A program made the translations under genes and the position numbers. 64,000 nt of DNA from Treponema sp. (GTDB lineage: Bacteria > Spirochaetota > Spirochaetia > Treponematales > Treponemataceae). Positions 32,022 through 42,083 of this stretch are shown here, one piece after another (the first letter of the stretch is position 1; each line of letters starts with the position of its first letter). Location of the stretch: NCBI GenBank assembly GCA_016287815.1, contig JAEEWW010000001.1, positions 5,842-69,841 of the forward strand. Reading direction: 5' to 3'. The notes under the pieces were generated by a model, which searched no databases, had not been told where the DNA came from, and worked only from the letters and a program-made list of their open reading frames with translations.

Positions 32022-33347
32022 ATGGCAAGCAATCCTATCGTAAATATTTTTAAGCTCAAAGAGTTGCGTAATCGTTTATTCTTTACCTTTATTATTCTTG
32101 CTGTTTTCCGCCTTGGTGGTGTTTTGACAGTACCTGGCATTGATGCCAGTGTACTGTTGCAGTACTTTGATAGTCTGGCAAGCCAGAATAAGAATCAGTT
32201 TGCCAGCTACATGGACTTCTTTGTTGGTGGTGCATTCTCACATTTTTCAGTTTTCATGCTGGGTGTAATGCCTTACATTTCAACACAGATTATCCTTCAG
32301 CTTGCCCTTATCATTTTCCCGTCTCTTAAGAGAATTGTTCAGGAAGATGGTGGACAGCGCAAAGTTGCTGCATGGACACGCGTAGGAACTGTTATCGTAT
32401 GTTTGATACAGTCTTTTGCTGTAACAGTATATGCAGACAGTATCCCTGGAGCATGGAGCGGCACAATACAGATGAAACTGCTTGCCATGCTTACAGTAAC
32501 CACTGGAACAATGATAACAATCTGGCTTGGTGATCAGATTACAGCACATGGAATTGGTAACGGTGTATCAATGCTTCTTTTTGCAGGTATTGTTGCACGT
32601 CTTCCTTCAGCTGTTCTTGATTTGTCAAACAAAGTAAGCAACAACGAAATCAATATTGTTTTTGTAATCGTTGTACTTATTATGTTCATCGGAATCATCG
32701 GGCTTGTTATTTTTGAAGAACGTGGTGAACGCCAGATCAAAGTCACCTATGCAAAACGCGTAGTTGGCAGAAAAATGTATGGCGGTCAAAACACATATCT
32801 TCCATTCAAGATTAATCCTTCGAATGTTATTCCTGTAATTTTTGCATCTTCGTTCTTAACATTCCCATTGCAGATTATTTCTAGTATTGGAAGTAACCAG
32901 AATTCTGCCCGCTGGGTAGGAAAGCTTTCTGCTTTCTTAAATCCGGCTGGTTGGTGGTATAATATTCTTATGGTAATTCTCATTGTATTCTTTGCATACT
33001 TCTACACACAGGTAACTATGAACCCCATTGAAATTGCAAAGAGTATCCGTGAAAATGGCGGGTCAATTCCGGCTGCCGGTAGCAAACCTGAAGAATATTT
33101 ACAGAGAGTATTAAACCGTTTGGTATTACCAGGTTCGTTGTTCCTTGCGGCTATTGCTGTATTGCCGACTGTAATCCAGAATTTGTTTGGATTCCCACAG
33201 TCAATTTCAATGTTGATGGGTGGTACTTCACTTATCATTATGATTGGAGTTGATTTGGATACAATGAGTCAGGTAGAAGCCCTTCTTAAGATGCATCATC
33301 AGGATGGATTGACAAAGAAAGGTAAAATTCGGTCACGAAATCTGTAG
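32022..33347 (+). CDS. secY: Preprotein translocase subunit SecY
   Basis: LGVMPYIST, GIGNGVS, GGTSLII; about 10 TM segments. Confidence 0.99.
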   Translation: MASNPIVNIFKLKELRNRLFFTFIILAVFRLGGVLTVPGIDASVLLQYFDSLASQNKNQFASYMDFFVGGAFSHFSVFMLGVMPYISTQIILQLALIIFPSLKRIVQEDGGQRKVAAWTRVGTVIVCLIQSFAVTVYADSIPGAWSGTIQMKLLAMLTVTTGTMITIWLGDQITAHGIGNGVSMLLFAGIVARLPSAVLDLSNKVSNNEINIVFVIVVLIMFIGIIGLVIFEERGERQIKVTYAKRVVGRKMYGGQNTYLPFKINPSNVIPVIFASSFLTFPLQIISSIGSNQNSARWVGKLSAFLNPAGWWYNILMVILIVFFAYFYTQVTMNPIEIAKSIRENGGSIPAAGSKPEEYLQRVLNRLVLPGSLFLAAIAVLPTVIQNLFGFPQSISMLMGGTSLIIMIGVDLDTMSQVEALLKMHHQDGLTKKGKIRSRNL

Positions 33348-33462
33348 GTTTTGTGAGTTACTTGTAGAATAAGATTTGAAATGTGTGTATAATATTTGCT
33401 ACTTGATTGTATCTCATTGCGAGATGCCATGATCAAGTAGACACATTTCAGGGGGACTTTTT

Positions 33463-33576
33463 ATGAAAGTACGAACCAGTGTAAAGCCGATTTGTGATAA
33501 ATGTAAGGTTATCAAACGCAACGGTATTATCCGTATAATTTGTTCAAACCCGAAACACAAACAGAGACAGGGCTGA
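33463..33576 (+). CDS. rpmJ: 50S ribosomal protein L36
   Basis: Not in the ORF track; [37 protein letters not shown]. Confidence 0.98.
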   Translation: MKVRTSVKPICDKCKVIKRNGIIRIICSNPKHKQRQG

Positions 33577-33588
33577 GAGGAGTAACAG

Positions 33589-33960
33589 ATGGCTCGAATT
33601 GCGGGAGTCGATCTCCCAAATAAACATGTTGAGATCGCTTTGACTTACATCTATGGTATCGGTCGTTCTGCGGCTAGAACTATTTGTGAAAAGACAAAGA
33701 TTGATCCTAATGCAATGATGAATGATCTTTCTCTGGATGATCTTAGCAAGATTCGCGAAGTTCTTGATAAAGAATATAAGGTTGAAGGTCATCTTCGCAC
33801 AGAAATTGGTCTTAATATCAAACGTCTTATGGACATTGGTTGTTATCGTGGCCTTCGCCATCGCAAGGGGCTCCCGGTACGTGGACAGAGAACTAGAACA
33901 AATGCTCGTACACGCAAGGGTAAGAAGAAGACTGTTGCTAACAAGAAGAAGGCAGTCTGA
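33589..33960 (+). CDS. rpsM: 30S ribosomal protein S13
   Basis: [27 protein letters not shown]. Confidence 0.99.
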   Translation: MARIAGVDLPNKHVEIALTYIYGIGRSAARTICEKTKIDPNAMMNDLSLDDLSKIREVLDKEYKVEGHLRTEIGLNIKRLMDIGCYRGLRHRKGLPVRGQRTRTNARTRKGKKKTVANKKKAV

Positions 33961-33976
33961 GGCGGAGGATAAGTAA

Positions 33977-34357
33977 TTGGCTACTGTTAAGAAAAGAAAA
34001 GAAAAAAAGAGTGTCTACGAAGGTAATGTTTACATTCAGGCCTCTTTTAACAACACGATTGTTACAATCACAGATTTAAGAGGAAATACTCTTTCTTGGG
34101 CATCTTCTGGTGGTCTGGGTTTCCGCGGAGCTAAAAAATCTACTCCGTTTGCAGCACAGACTGTTGCAGAAACTGCTGTTCAGAAAGCGGCTAGCTATGG
34201 TTTACGTGAAGTGCATGTATTTGTAAAAGGACCTGGAATGGGACGCGAAAATGCTGTTCGTTCTTTAGGTGCTTTAGGATTGAAGGTTAAATCAATTTCT
34301 GATGTAACACCAATCCCACACAATGGATGCCGTCCACGCAAAACACGCCGTATGTAA
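33977..34357 (+). CDS. rpsK: 30S ribosomal protein S11
   Basis: [26 protein letters not shown]; TTG start after GGAGG. Confidence 0.99.
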   Translation: MATVKKRKEKKSVYEGNVYIQASFNNTIVTITDLRGNTLSWASSGGLGFRGAKKSTPFAAQTVAETAVQKAASYGLREVHVFVKGPGMGRENAVRSLGALGLKVKSISDVTPIPHNGCRPRKTRRM

Positions 34358-34418
34358 TGTAGGAAATCAAGAGTTTTTAACTCTTGGTTGGAGTATTTAT
34401 TTATTTTAAGGAGTCCAG

Positions 34419-35474
34419 ATGGCTCGCAAAAATCTGCTTAAAGGTTTTAAAAAACCGAAAGGCATAACATTTGAGCATCTTGAAACGAATCCTAACTACG
34501 GAAAGTTTATTGCTTATCCATTTGAAACTGGATTCGGTACAACGGTAGGTAACACACTTAGACGTGTACTGCTTTCTTCAATTCAGGGATACGCAATAAC
34601 TTCTGTCCGGATTACTTCGTATGATGCAGACGGTGTGCCACACGTAATTTCAAGTGAATTTGAAGCTATTCCAAATGTAGAGGAAGATACACTTGAAATC
34701 TTGAACAGCCTGAAACAGGTTCGTTTAAGACTGCCAGAAGACATTGAACAGGATACACTTCTTTATGAATTTACAGGCCCAGGCACCATCAAAAGTGATG
34801 ACTTTGCAAAAGAAGGTAGCGTGGAAATCCTGTCTAAAGATCAGTTTATCTTTAAAATGATGGACGGATGTCGTCTTGATTTTGAAATACAAGTTGACTT
34901 GGGAAGAGGATATGTACCTGCAGAAGTAAATGAACATTACATTGAAGTAGTTGGAACTATTCCGATGGATGCAATTTTTACACCTGTTCCAAAGGTTAAG
35001 TATTCTATTGAACCATGTCGTGTTGGTCAGAGAAGTGACTATGACAAGCTTGTTCTTGAAATCTGGACAGATGGTACAATTAAGCCGGAAGATGCACTTG
35101 CAGAAGCTGCAAAGATTGCTAAAGATCATTTTGCAATTTTTGTTAACTTTAATGACAGTGAATGTTCAGGCGGTGATGAGCTTGAAGAAGGCGATGAACA
35201 TATTCGTCAGTTGCTTAATACTCCTGTTGAGGAGCTTGAGCTTTCAGTTCGTTCATCAAATTGTCTTAAAAATGCCAATATTCGTACAATCGGTGAATTA
35301 ACAAAAAAGACAGAAGATGATATTGCGAAGACCCGCAACTTTGGTAAAAAAAGCCTTACCGAGATTAAAGAAAAACTCCATGAATGGAATCTTACACTCG
35401 GCATGACCGATTACAGTCATCTTAAAAATGCTGTCAATCTAACAAAGCAGAAGGAAGAATCAGATGAATCATAG
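34419..35474 (+). CDS. rpoA: RNA polymerase alpha subunit
   Basis: [34 protein letters not shown]. Confidence 0.99.
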   Translation: MARKNLLKGFKKPKGITFEHLETNPNYGKFIAYPFETGFGTTVGNTLRRVLLSSIQGYAITSVRITSYDADGVPHVISSEFEAIPNVEEDTLEILNSLKQVRLRLPEDIEQDTLLYEFTGPGTIKSDDFAKEGSVEILSKDQFIFKMMDGCRLDFEIQVDLGRGYVPAEVNEHYIEVVGTIPMDAIFTPVPKVKYSIEPCRVGQRSDYDKLVLEIWTDGTIKPEDALAEAAKIAKDHFAIFVNFNDSECSGGDELEEGDEHIRQLLNTPVEELELSVRSSNCLKNANIRTIGELTKKTEDDIAKTRNFGKKSLTEIKEKLHEWNLTLGMTDYSHLKNAVNLTKQKEESDES

Positions 35475-36024
35475 AAATGGTTTTAATCCGCTTTCCCGTA
35501 CAACAGCTCACCGCCGTGCTATGTCACGGAATATGGTAACTTCTCTCTTTAGATTTGAGAGAATTACAACTACAAAAGCTAAGGCTTTGGAAGTTAGAAA
35601 AGCTGCTGAAAAACTCATTACACGTGGAAAGGTAGACACAGTTCATAACCGCCGTCAGGTAGCTAAATTTATTCAGGATGAAAAGATTTTGAATAAATTG
35701 TTTACAGAAATTGGTCCGAGAATGAAGGATCGTCAGGGTGGATACACACGTATTCTTAAAATTGGTTTCCGCCAGGGCGATGCTGCCGATATGGTAATTC
35801 TTGAACTGGTTGACTATAAACTTGATACTGATGCTCCAGCTAAGAAGGCGGAAAAGAAAGCTGCTAAGGCTGACAAATCAGCTGCTCCAGCTGAAAAAAA
35901 GGCTGAAAAAGCTACTGCCAAAAAAGCAAGCAAAAGTGCAGACAAAGAAGCTCCTGCTAAAGCTAAAAAAGCTGGTGCTACAAAAAAAGCAAAGGCTGCT
36001 GATTCAGCAGAAAAGAAGGAGTAG
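35464..36024 (+). CDS. rplQ: 50S ribosomal protein L17 with Lys/Ala-rich C-terminal tail
   Basis: [18 protein letters not shown]; tail starts around [10 protein letters not shown]. Confidence 0.98.
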   Translation: MNHRNGFNPLSRTTAHRRAMSRNMVTSLFRFERITTTKAKALEVRKAAEKLITRGKVDTVHNRRQVAKFIQDEKILNKLFTEIGPRMKDRQGGYTRILKIGFRQGDAADMVILELVDYKLDTDAPAKKAEKKAAKADKSAAPAEKKAEKATAKKASKSADKEAPAKAKKAGATKKAKAADSAEKKE

Positions 36025-36027
36025 AAA

Positions 36028-36276
36028 ATGTCTAAGACACATCGCGGAAGTGGTTTACGTGAACAGCCTTCACATGGCAGAGGCACATGTCCTATTTGCC
36101 ACAAAGAAAATATCAAAGTTATCTATGAACAGGAAGTTGATGGTAAGCAGGTTAAGATTTGCAAATACTGCAATGCAGCTTTGAAAAACAAAGCAAGATT
36201 AAATAAAGCATCTGCAGCTCCAGCAACTGAAGCTCCTGCAGAAGAATCTGCAGCAGAAGCTCCTGAACAGGCTTAA
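36028..36276 (+). CDS. Small basic putative zinc-finger protein
   Basis: 82 aa; CPIC...CKYC; starts 3 nt after the rplQ stop and lies before the operon terminator. Confidence 0.8.
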   Translation: MSKTHRGSGLREQPSHGRGTCPICHKENIKVIYEQEVDGKQVKICKYCNAALKNKARLNKASAAPATEAPAEESAAEAPEQA

Positions 36277-36297
36277 TTTTTAGCCCAGGTGCTTTCC

Positions 36298-36332
36298 AGC
36301 CGCTCTTTTTATAAGGGCGGCTTTATTTTTTT
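36298..36332 (+). terminator. Terminator of the alpha operon
   Basis: AGCCGCTCT/AGGGCGGCT stem plus TTATTTTTT. Confidence 0.75.
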
Positions 36333-36429
36333 AAATAACATAATGCGGACTTAATTAGCCTTCTAATTGAATATTCTTGATAAAAATACAGTATAATTAA
36401 AAAAAATTAAGTATTTTTGTAAAATTCTA

Positions 36430-36458
36430 TTTACAAACAGTTTTTTTTTATATAGAAT
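36430..36458 (+). promoter_or_regulatory. Putative promoter of livK
   Basis: TTTACA, 17 bp, TAGAAT. Confidence 0.55.
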
Positions 36459-36488
36459 TATTAAAAATTTTCAAGTATGGAGGCATAT

Positions 36489-37637
36489 ATGAAAAGAATG
36501 TTGACTAAAGGTGCTGCTTTAGCAGCCGTAATGCTTATGGCAGTTTCTGCTTTTGCTGCTAAAGCTAAAAACAGCAAAGAAGTTAAAATTGGTGGAATTT
36601 TCCCTCTTTCTGGTGCTGTAGCTGTTTATGGTGTTGAATGTAAGAATGGTATTGATCTTGCAATTGAAGAAATTAATAAAGCCGGTGGAATTGACGGCAA
36701 ACCGATTGTTCTTATCAGCGAAGACGATGAAGGAAATCAGGATAAAACTGTAAACGCTTTTAAGAAACTTACAATTAAAGATAAAGTAACTATGGTAATC
36801 GGTTCATTGACATCCGGATGTACAATGGCTATTACACCACTTTCTCAGGCAAGCAAGGTTGTTCAGATTGCTCCGGCTGCAACAGCAACTGCTGTAACAG
36901 ATGCAGGTGATTTTGTATTCCGCGCATGTTTTATTGACCCGTTCCAGGGAACAGTTGGTGGTCGTTTTGCTTCTGAAAATCTTGGAAAGAAAAGAGCTGC
37001 AATTCTTTATGATGCAGGAAATGACTATTCTGTAGGACTTACAGAAAACTTTGAAATTGCATTCAAGAAAAATGGTGGTTCAGTTGTAGCTAAAGAAGCT
37101 TACAGCACTGGTGATAAAGATTTTAATGCACAGCTTACAAAAATTAAGAGTGCAAAACCAGATGTTGTATATCTCCCGGATTATTATGGAACAGTTGCAT
37201 TGATTGCAAGTCAGCTTCGTGCTCAGGGTATTGATACTCCTATTGTTGGTGCAGACGGATGGGATGGTTTGGCTACAAATGCCGGTGATGAAGTTCTTAA
37301 CGGATTCTATTCTAACCACTATGCTCCAGACTCTACTTCTCCAAAGGTACAGAAATTCGTAGCTGCTTTCAAAGCAAAATATAATAAAGAGCCAAATGCT
37401 TTTGCTGCTCTTGGATATGACAGTCTTTACATGTTAAAAGATGCAGTCCTTAAAGCTGGTTCTACAGATGCAAAAGCCGTGCGTGATGCACTTAAATCTA
37501 CAAACGGTGAATATGTAACAGGTAAATTGAGTTTTGACGGCAAGAGAAATCCTGTAAAATCAGCTGTCATGGTTGAACTTGTAAAAGATAAACAGGGTAA
37601 ACTTACTTCAGTTTATAAGACAACAGTTAATCCATAA
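36489..37637 (+). CDS. livK: Branched-chain amino acid ABC transporter substrate-binding protein
   Basis: Signal peptide, KIGGIFPLSG, GIDLAIEEIN, DKDFNAQLTKIK; start after GGAGG. Confidence 0.92.
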   Translation: MKRMLTKGAALAAVMLMAVSAFAAKAKNSKEVKIGGIFPLSGAVAVYGVECKNGIDLAIEEINKAGGIDGKPIVLISEDDEGNQDKTVNAFKKLTIKDKVTMVIGSLTSGCTMAITPLSQASKVVQIAPAATATAVTDAGDFVFRACFIDPFQGTVGGRFASENLGKKRAAILYDAGNDYSVGLTENFEIAFKKNGGSVVAKEAYSTGDKDFNAQLTKIKSAKPDVVYLPDYYGTVALIASQLRAQGIDTPIVGADGWDGLATNAGDEVLNGFYSNHYAPDSTSPKVQKFVAAFKAKYNKEPNAFAALGYDSLYMLKDAVLKAGSTDAKAVRDALKSTNGEYVTGKLSFDGKRNPVKSAVMVELVKDKQGKLTSVYKTTVNP

Positions 37638-37675
37638 TTCTTGCGGAAAAACCGTAAGTTTTTAAAGAGTGGTAA

Positions 37676-37708
37676 AGAGGCTGCCTTATAAAGAGGCGGC
37701 CTTTTTTG
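37676..37708 (+). terminator. Terminator/attenuator between livK and livH
   Basis: AGAGGCTGCC/GGCGGCCTTT stem plus T-run. Confidence 0.7.
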
Positions 37709-37853
37709 TATGTTTTGTCTGCTGTTATTTGTAGATGAAACATTCTGGCAACGGTTACTTACCTTTACTAAATGCTTTTAGATAAGGTAAAATATTAAAT
37801 CTTTAGCAAAAAAGTTGATTTGCGATTTTTGAAATAAAAACTCGGAGGTTAAG

Positions 37854-38753
37854 GTGGATACCGGAATTATGTTTTTACAGCAGCTTATCAACGGGCTGTC
37901 TCTGGGTAGTATATACGCCCTTATTGCTCTTGGTTATACCATGGTTTATGGAATTGTAAAATTAATAAATTTTGCCCATGGTGATATTATGATGATAGGT
38001 GCTTACACTGCCTATTTTGTTTTAAAAGCTTTTGGCACAAATGTAACGGGTATGACTATTGCCTTTATTATTGCGATGATTGTGTGCGGCTTGCTTTCTA
38101 TAGTAATCGAACGATTTGCATATCGCCCGCTGCGTTCTGCTCCAAGACTTAATTCTCTGATTACGGCGATTGCTGTTGAACTTATTCTGCAGAATGCAAT
38201 GCGTGTAATTCCGTTTATTGGGCCTGATCCTCGCTTGTTCCCGACTTTTACAATAAAAAACTTTGCACTTGGTTCGGTTTCTGTTTCTAACATTCAGTTA
38301 ATTGTAATTGTGTTAAGTGCAATTCTTATGCTTGCATTGAATTATATTGTTAACCATACAAAAACAGGGATGGCCATGCAGGCTGTTTCTTATGATTTAC
38401 AGGCTTCAAGCCTTATGGGAATCAGTGTAAATAAAACAATAGCATTTACTTTTGCCTTGGGCTCGGTTTTAGCCGCTGCAGGAGGAATCCTTTATGCTAT
38501 TGCCTATCCGCAGATTGACCCGCTGCTTGGCTATATGCCAGGTCTTAAAGCCTTTATTGCAGCTGTACTTGGCGGAATAGGTTCAGTTCCTGGTGCAATG
38601 TTTGGAGGAATTATTCTTGGTGTTGCCGAAACTTTGACAAAGGGTTTCCTTTCTTCTCAGTTTGCTGATGCCATTTCTTTTTCTATTTTGATTATTATTC
38701 TTTTGGTTAAACCAACAGGAATTTTTGGTAAACCTTCACGCGTTAAGGTTTAA
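37854..38753 (+). CDS. livH: Branched-chain amino acid ABC transporter permease
   Basis: QQLINGLSLGSIYALIALG, INFAHG, AAVLGGIGS. Confidence 0.95.
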   Translation: MDTGIMFLQQLINGLSLGSIYALIALGYTMVYGIVKLINFAHGDIMMIGAYTAYFVLKAFGTNVTGMTIAFIIAMIVCGLLSIVIERFAYRPLRSAPRLNSLITAIAVELILQNAMRVIPFIGPDPRLFPTFTIKNFALGSVSVSNIQLIVIVLSAILMLALNYIVNHTKTGMAMQAVSYDLQASSLMGISVNKTIAFTFALGSVLAAAGGILYAIAYPQIDPLLGYMPGLKAFIAAVLGGIGSVPGAMFGGIILGVAETLTKGFLSSQFADAISFSILIIILLVKPTGIFGKPSRVKV

Positions 38754-38763
38754 GGAGTCCGTT

Positions 38764-39783
38764 ATGAAAAATATAAAGTTACGAAATTTTATTGTTTTAG
38801 CTGGTTTTTCATTAATTGCGGTTTTTGTAATCGGGCTTTTGATTAACTTAGAAATTATTGATGCCTATACAGCACAGATTTTAACTTTGGCCGGAATTAA
38901 TTCTATTATGGCTCTTTCTGTTAATATAATCTGTGGAATTACAGGTCAGCTTTCTTTAGGTCAGGCTGGATTTATGGCAATTGGTGCGTATTCAACTATC
39001 TTTATAGCGAATGCAGGCCTTCCGTTGCCGGTAAGTATCGTACTTGCAGGTCTTGTAACAGCATTCTTTGGTTTTTTGATTGGTTTTCCGACCTTAAAGC
39101 TTGAAGGTGATTATCTTGCAATTGTAACACTTGGTTTTGGCGAAATTATCCGTGTAGTTTTTGTAAACTTGAAAAAGTATACAGGCGGTCCAAACGGTAA
39201 ACAGTTTCCTACTATTATGACGTTAAATCCGGCTATAGCATATATGGTTATTATAGGAACTTTAGTTTTACTTGTAATATTGATTCAGAATTTCATCCGT
39301 TCAACTTATGGTCGTGCAATTCTTGCCGTTCGTGATGATGAAATTGCTGCAAACTCAAGTGGAATCAGTGTTTTCCGTTACAAGATGATTGGTTTTGTAA
39401 TTGCTTCATTTGTTGCAGGAATAGGTGGTGCTTTGTATGCACCGTTTATTGGATTTATAAAACCTGATATGGCTTCTTTCAATAAAAGTATTGATTATTT
39501 GATTTTTGTTGTTCTTGGCGGAATGGGTTCCACAACAGGTTCAATTCTTGCTTCATTTGTATTGACTTCTCTACAGGAATTCCTGCGATTCTTACAGAAC
39601 TACAGACTTTTGTTCTATCCGGTAATTCTTATGCTTGTAATGCAGTTCAGACCTCAGGGGCTTTTGGGCACAAAAGAATTTTCATTTATCAAAACCTGGG
39701 AATCAATTCCTGGTTATAAAGCAAAAATTGCTGCGCGTCTGAAATCAAAAACCGGTTCTGAAAAAGAAGGAGGAAAAAAATGA
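38764..39783 (+). CDS. livM: Branched-chain amino acid ABC transporter permease
   Basis: GQLSLGQAGF, GDYLAIVTLGFGE, VVLGGMGS. Confidence 0.95.
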   Translation: MKNIKLRNFIVLAGFSLIAVFVIGLLINLEIIDAYTAQILTLAGINSIMALSVNIICGITGQLSLGQAGFMAIGAYSTIFIANAGLPLPVSIVLAGLVTAFFGFLIGFPTLKLEGDYLAIVTLGFGEIIRVVFVNLKKYTGGPNGKQFPTIMTLNPAIAYMVIIGTLVLLVILIQNFIRSTYGRAILAVRDDEIAANSSGISVFRYKMIGFVIASFVAGIGGALYAPFIGFIKPDMASFNKSIDYLIFVVLGGMGSTTGSILASFVLTSLQEFLRFLQNYRLLFYPVILMLVMQFRPQGLLGTKEFSFIKTWESIPGYKAKIAARLKSKTGSEKEGGKK

Positions 39784-40580
39784 GCGAAGTAAAGACTGTT
39801 TTAAAAGCTTCTGATATTTCTATTGTTTTTGGTGGACTTCGTGCTGTTAGTAATTTTTCCTGCGAATTAAAAAGTAATGAACTTGTAGGCTTAATCGGTC
39901 CTAACGGAGCCGGAAAAACTACTGTATTCAATATGCTCAGTGGTGTTTACCGGCCGACAGAAGGTCAGATTTCTTTCTGGGATAAAAATGACATGGTAAA
40001 AATCATTAATAAGGCAAGCCCTGCAAAGCACAATAAAATCGGCATTGCAAGAACTTTCCAGAACATCAGGCTTTTTTCTAAAATGTCGGTTGCAGACAAT
40101 GTCAGGGTTGCCCTTCATAATAGCCGCTCAATAAATCCGTTAGATGTGCTTTTACGTACACCTCGATTTTTTAAGGATGAACAGCGAATGACGGCGGAAG
40201 TTGAACAGCTTCTGGATTTGTTTAAAATTCTTGATAAAAAAGATGAACTTGCGAAAAATTTGCCTTATGGTGAACAGCGGAAACTTGAAATTGTACGTGC
40301 ACTTGCTTCAAAACCTCAGCTGCTTTTGCTTGACGAACCTGCCGCCGGCATGAATCCGCAGGAAACTGAAGAATTGATGAAGCTTATTGCTTTTATCCGC
40401 GAAAAATTTCATCTTACAATTCTTTTGATTGAGCATGATATGCGCCTTGTTATGGGTATTTGCGAAAGAATTATTGTTCTTGATTACGGAAGAATTATTG
40501 CTGAAGGCAAACCTGAAGAAATTCAGTCTAATCCACAGGTAATAAAGGCTTATTTGGGCGAGGAGGCGTTAAATGCTTGA
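39780..40580 (+). CDS. livG: Branched-chain amino acid ABC transporter ATP-binding protein
   Basis: GPNGAGKT, ARTFQNIRLF, LPYGEQR, LLLDEPAAG. Confidence 0.96.
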   Translation: MSEVKTVLKASDISIVFGGLRAVSNFSCELKSNELVGLIGPNGAGKTTVFNMLSGVYRPTEGQISFWDKNDMVKIINKASPAKHNKIGIARTFQNIRLFSKMSVADNVRVALHNSRSINPLDVLLRTPRFFKDEQRMTAEVEQLLDLFKILDKKDELAKNLPYGEQRKLEIVRALASKPQLLLLDEPAAGMNPQETEELMKLIAFIREKFHLTILLIEHDMRLVMGICERIIVLDYGRIIAEGKPEEIQSNPQVIKAYLGEEALNA

Positions 40581-41277
40581 GGTTAAAAATCTTACGGTTT
40601 CTTATGGTGCTATAAAGGCTCTTCGTGGAATTTCTTTTGAAGTAAAAGAAGGAGAAATTATTACCTTAATCGGTTCTAACGGAGCCGGTAAAACTACAAC
40701 GCTTCATTCTATTTCTAATATCATAAAGAAACAGTCTGGCAGTGTAGTTTTTAACGGTGAAGATATAACAAATCTTGATGCAGACAAGATTGTCCGCAGA
40801 AATTTGATTCAGGTTCCGGAAGGCAGACGTATCTTTGCAAACCTGACTGTAAAGGAAAATCTTGAACTTGGTGCGTTTACGCGAAAAGATAAAACAGGAA
40901 TTAAGGCTGATATGGAAAAGGTTTATGAACTTTTTCCGCGTATGAAAGAACGTATCAAGCAAATTGCAGGAACTTTAAGCGGTGGCGAATTACAGATGCT
41001 GGCTATGGGAAGAGCGTTGATGGCTCAGCCTAAACTTTTGCTTCTTGATGAACCGAGTATGGGGCTTGCACCAATCCTTGTTGATGAAATTTTTTCGATT
41101 GTACAGAAAATAAATGAAACAGGTACAACAATTCTTCTTGTAGAACAGAACGCATTTAAAGCACTTTCAATTGCAGATCGTGCGTATGTTCTTGAAACAG
41201 GAACTATTGTAAAGGAAGGAAAAGCAGAAGAACTTGCAAAAGATCCGGCAGTAAAAGCTGCTTACCTTGGCGGATGA
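40573..41277 (+). CDS. livF: Branched-chain amino acid ABC transporter ATP-binding protein
   Basis: GSNGAGKT, VPEGRRIF, LSGGE, LVEQNA. Confidence 0.96.
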   Translation: MLEVKNLTVSYGAIKALRGISFEVKEGEIITLIGSNGAGKTTTLHSISNIIKKQSGSVVFNGEDITNLDADKIVRRNLIQVPEGRRIFANLTVKENLELGAFTRKDKTGIKADMEKVYELFPRMKERIKQIAGTLSGGELQMLAMGRALMAQPKLLLLDEPSMGLAPILVDEIFSIVQKINETGTTILLVEQNAFKALSIADRAYVLETGTIVKEGKAEELAKDPAVKAAYLGG

Positions 41278-41432
41278 TTTGCTTTTCGTTTACATTGCTT
41301 TTTGCTCGCACTTTGCTTATATTGAAAGTAGAGTTATAATAAATAGGGGGTGTAGAGATTTACTCTGCACCTGTCAAAATTGTTTTGCATCTGCAAAATT
41401 AATCCCATAAAAAAAGCAATTCTGGAGGAATT

Positions 41433-42077
41433 ATGAGAGTAAAAGACGTAATGACACATAATCCTGTGTATATTTCTCCGTCGGCTTCAGTTATTGAAGC
41501 AAAGACTTTAATGTCTAAACAGAATATAAGCAAATTGCCTGTTTTGAATAACGAAAAAAAACTTGTTGGAATTATTACAAAGAATGATTTGAACAGGGCA
41601 GGTCCTTCGCAGGCAACAACTTTAGATATGTATGAAATCGGCTATCTTCTTTCTAAGCTCGATGTTGAAAAAATAATGCACAAAAATGTTATGACAGTCG
41701 ATGAAGAAGAAGTAATTGAAGAAGCTGCAAGAATTATGGTAGACAGCGGAATAGGTTGTCTTCCGGTAATGAAAGGCGACTTAATGGTCGGTATTATTAC
41801 AGCCAGTGATTTGTTTAAGACTTTGATAGAACTTTTTGGTGTTCGCCAGAAAGGTGTAAGGGCAACTTTCCTTGTAGAAGATGTTCCGGGAGAGCTTGCA
41901 AAACTTACAAAAACTATTACAGATTTAGGTGGAAATATTATTTCTTTAATCACCTGGGGTGGTGAAGATCCTGCTCACAAGCGGATTACCGTAAAAGTAA
42001 CAGGTATTACACTTGAAAAAATGAAGGATATTACTAAAACCATTAAAGGTGAACTTAGAAATATCAGTGAAATCTAG
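41433..42077 (+). CDS. CBS + ACT domain protein (AcuB-like)
   Basis: Two CBS repeats (LVGIIT, MVGIIT) plus ACT-like EDVPGELAKL. Confidence 0.88.
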   Translation: MRVKDVMTHNPVYISPSASVIEAKTLMSKQNISKLPVLNNEKKLVGIITKNDLNRAGPSQATTLDMYEIGYLLSKLDVEKIMHKNVMTVDEEEVIEEAARIMVDSGIGCLPVMKGDLMVGIITASDLFKTLIELFGVRQKGVRATFLVEDVPGELAKLTKTITDLGGNIISLITWGGEDPAHKRITVKVTGITLEKMKDITKTIKGELRNISEI

Positions 42078-42083
42078 GAAATT

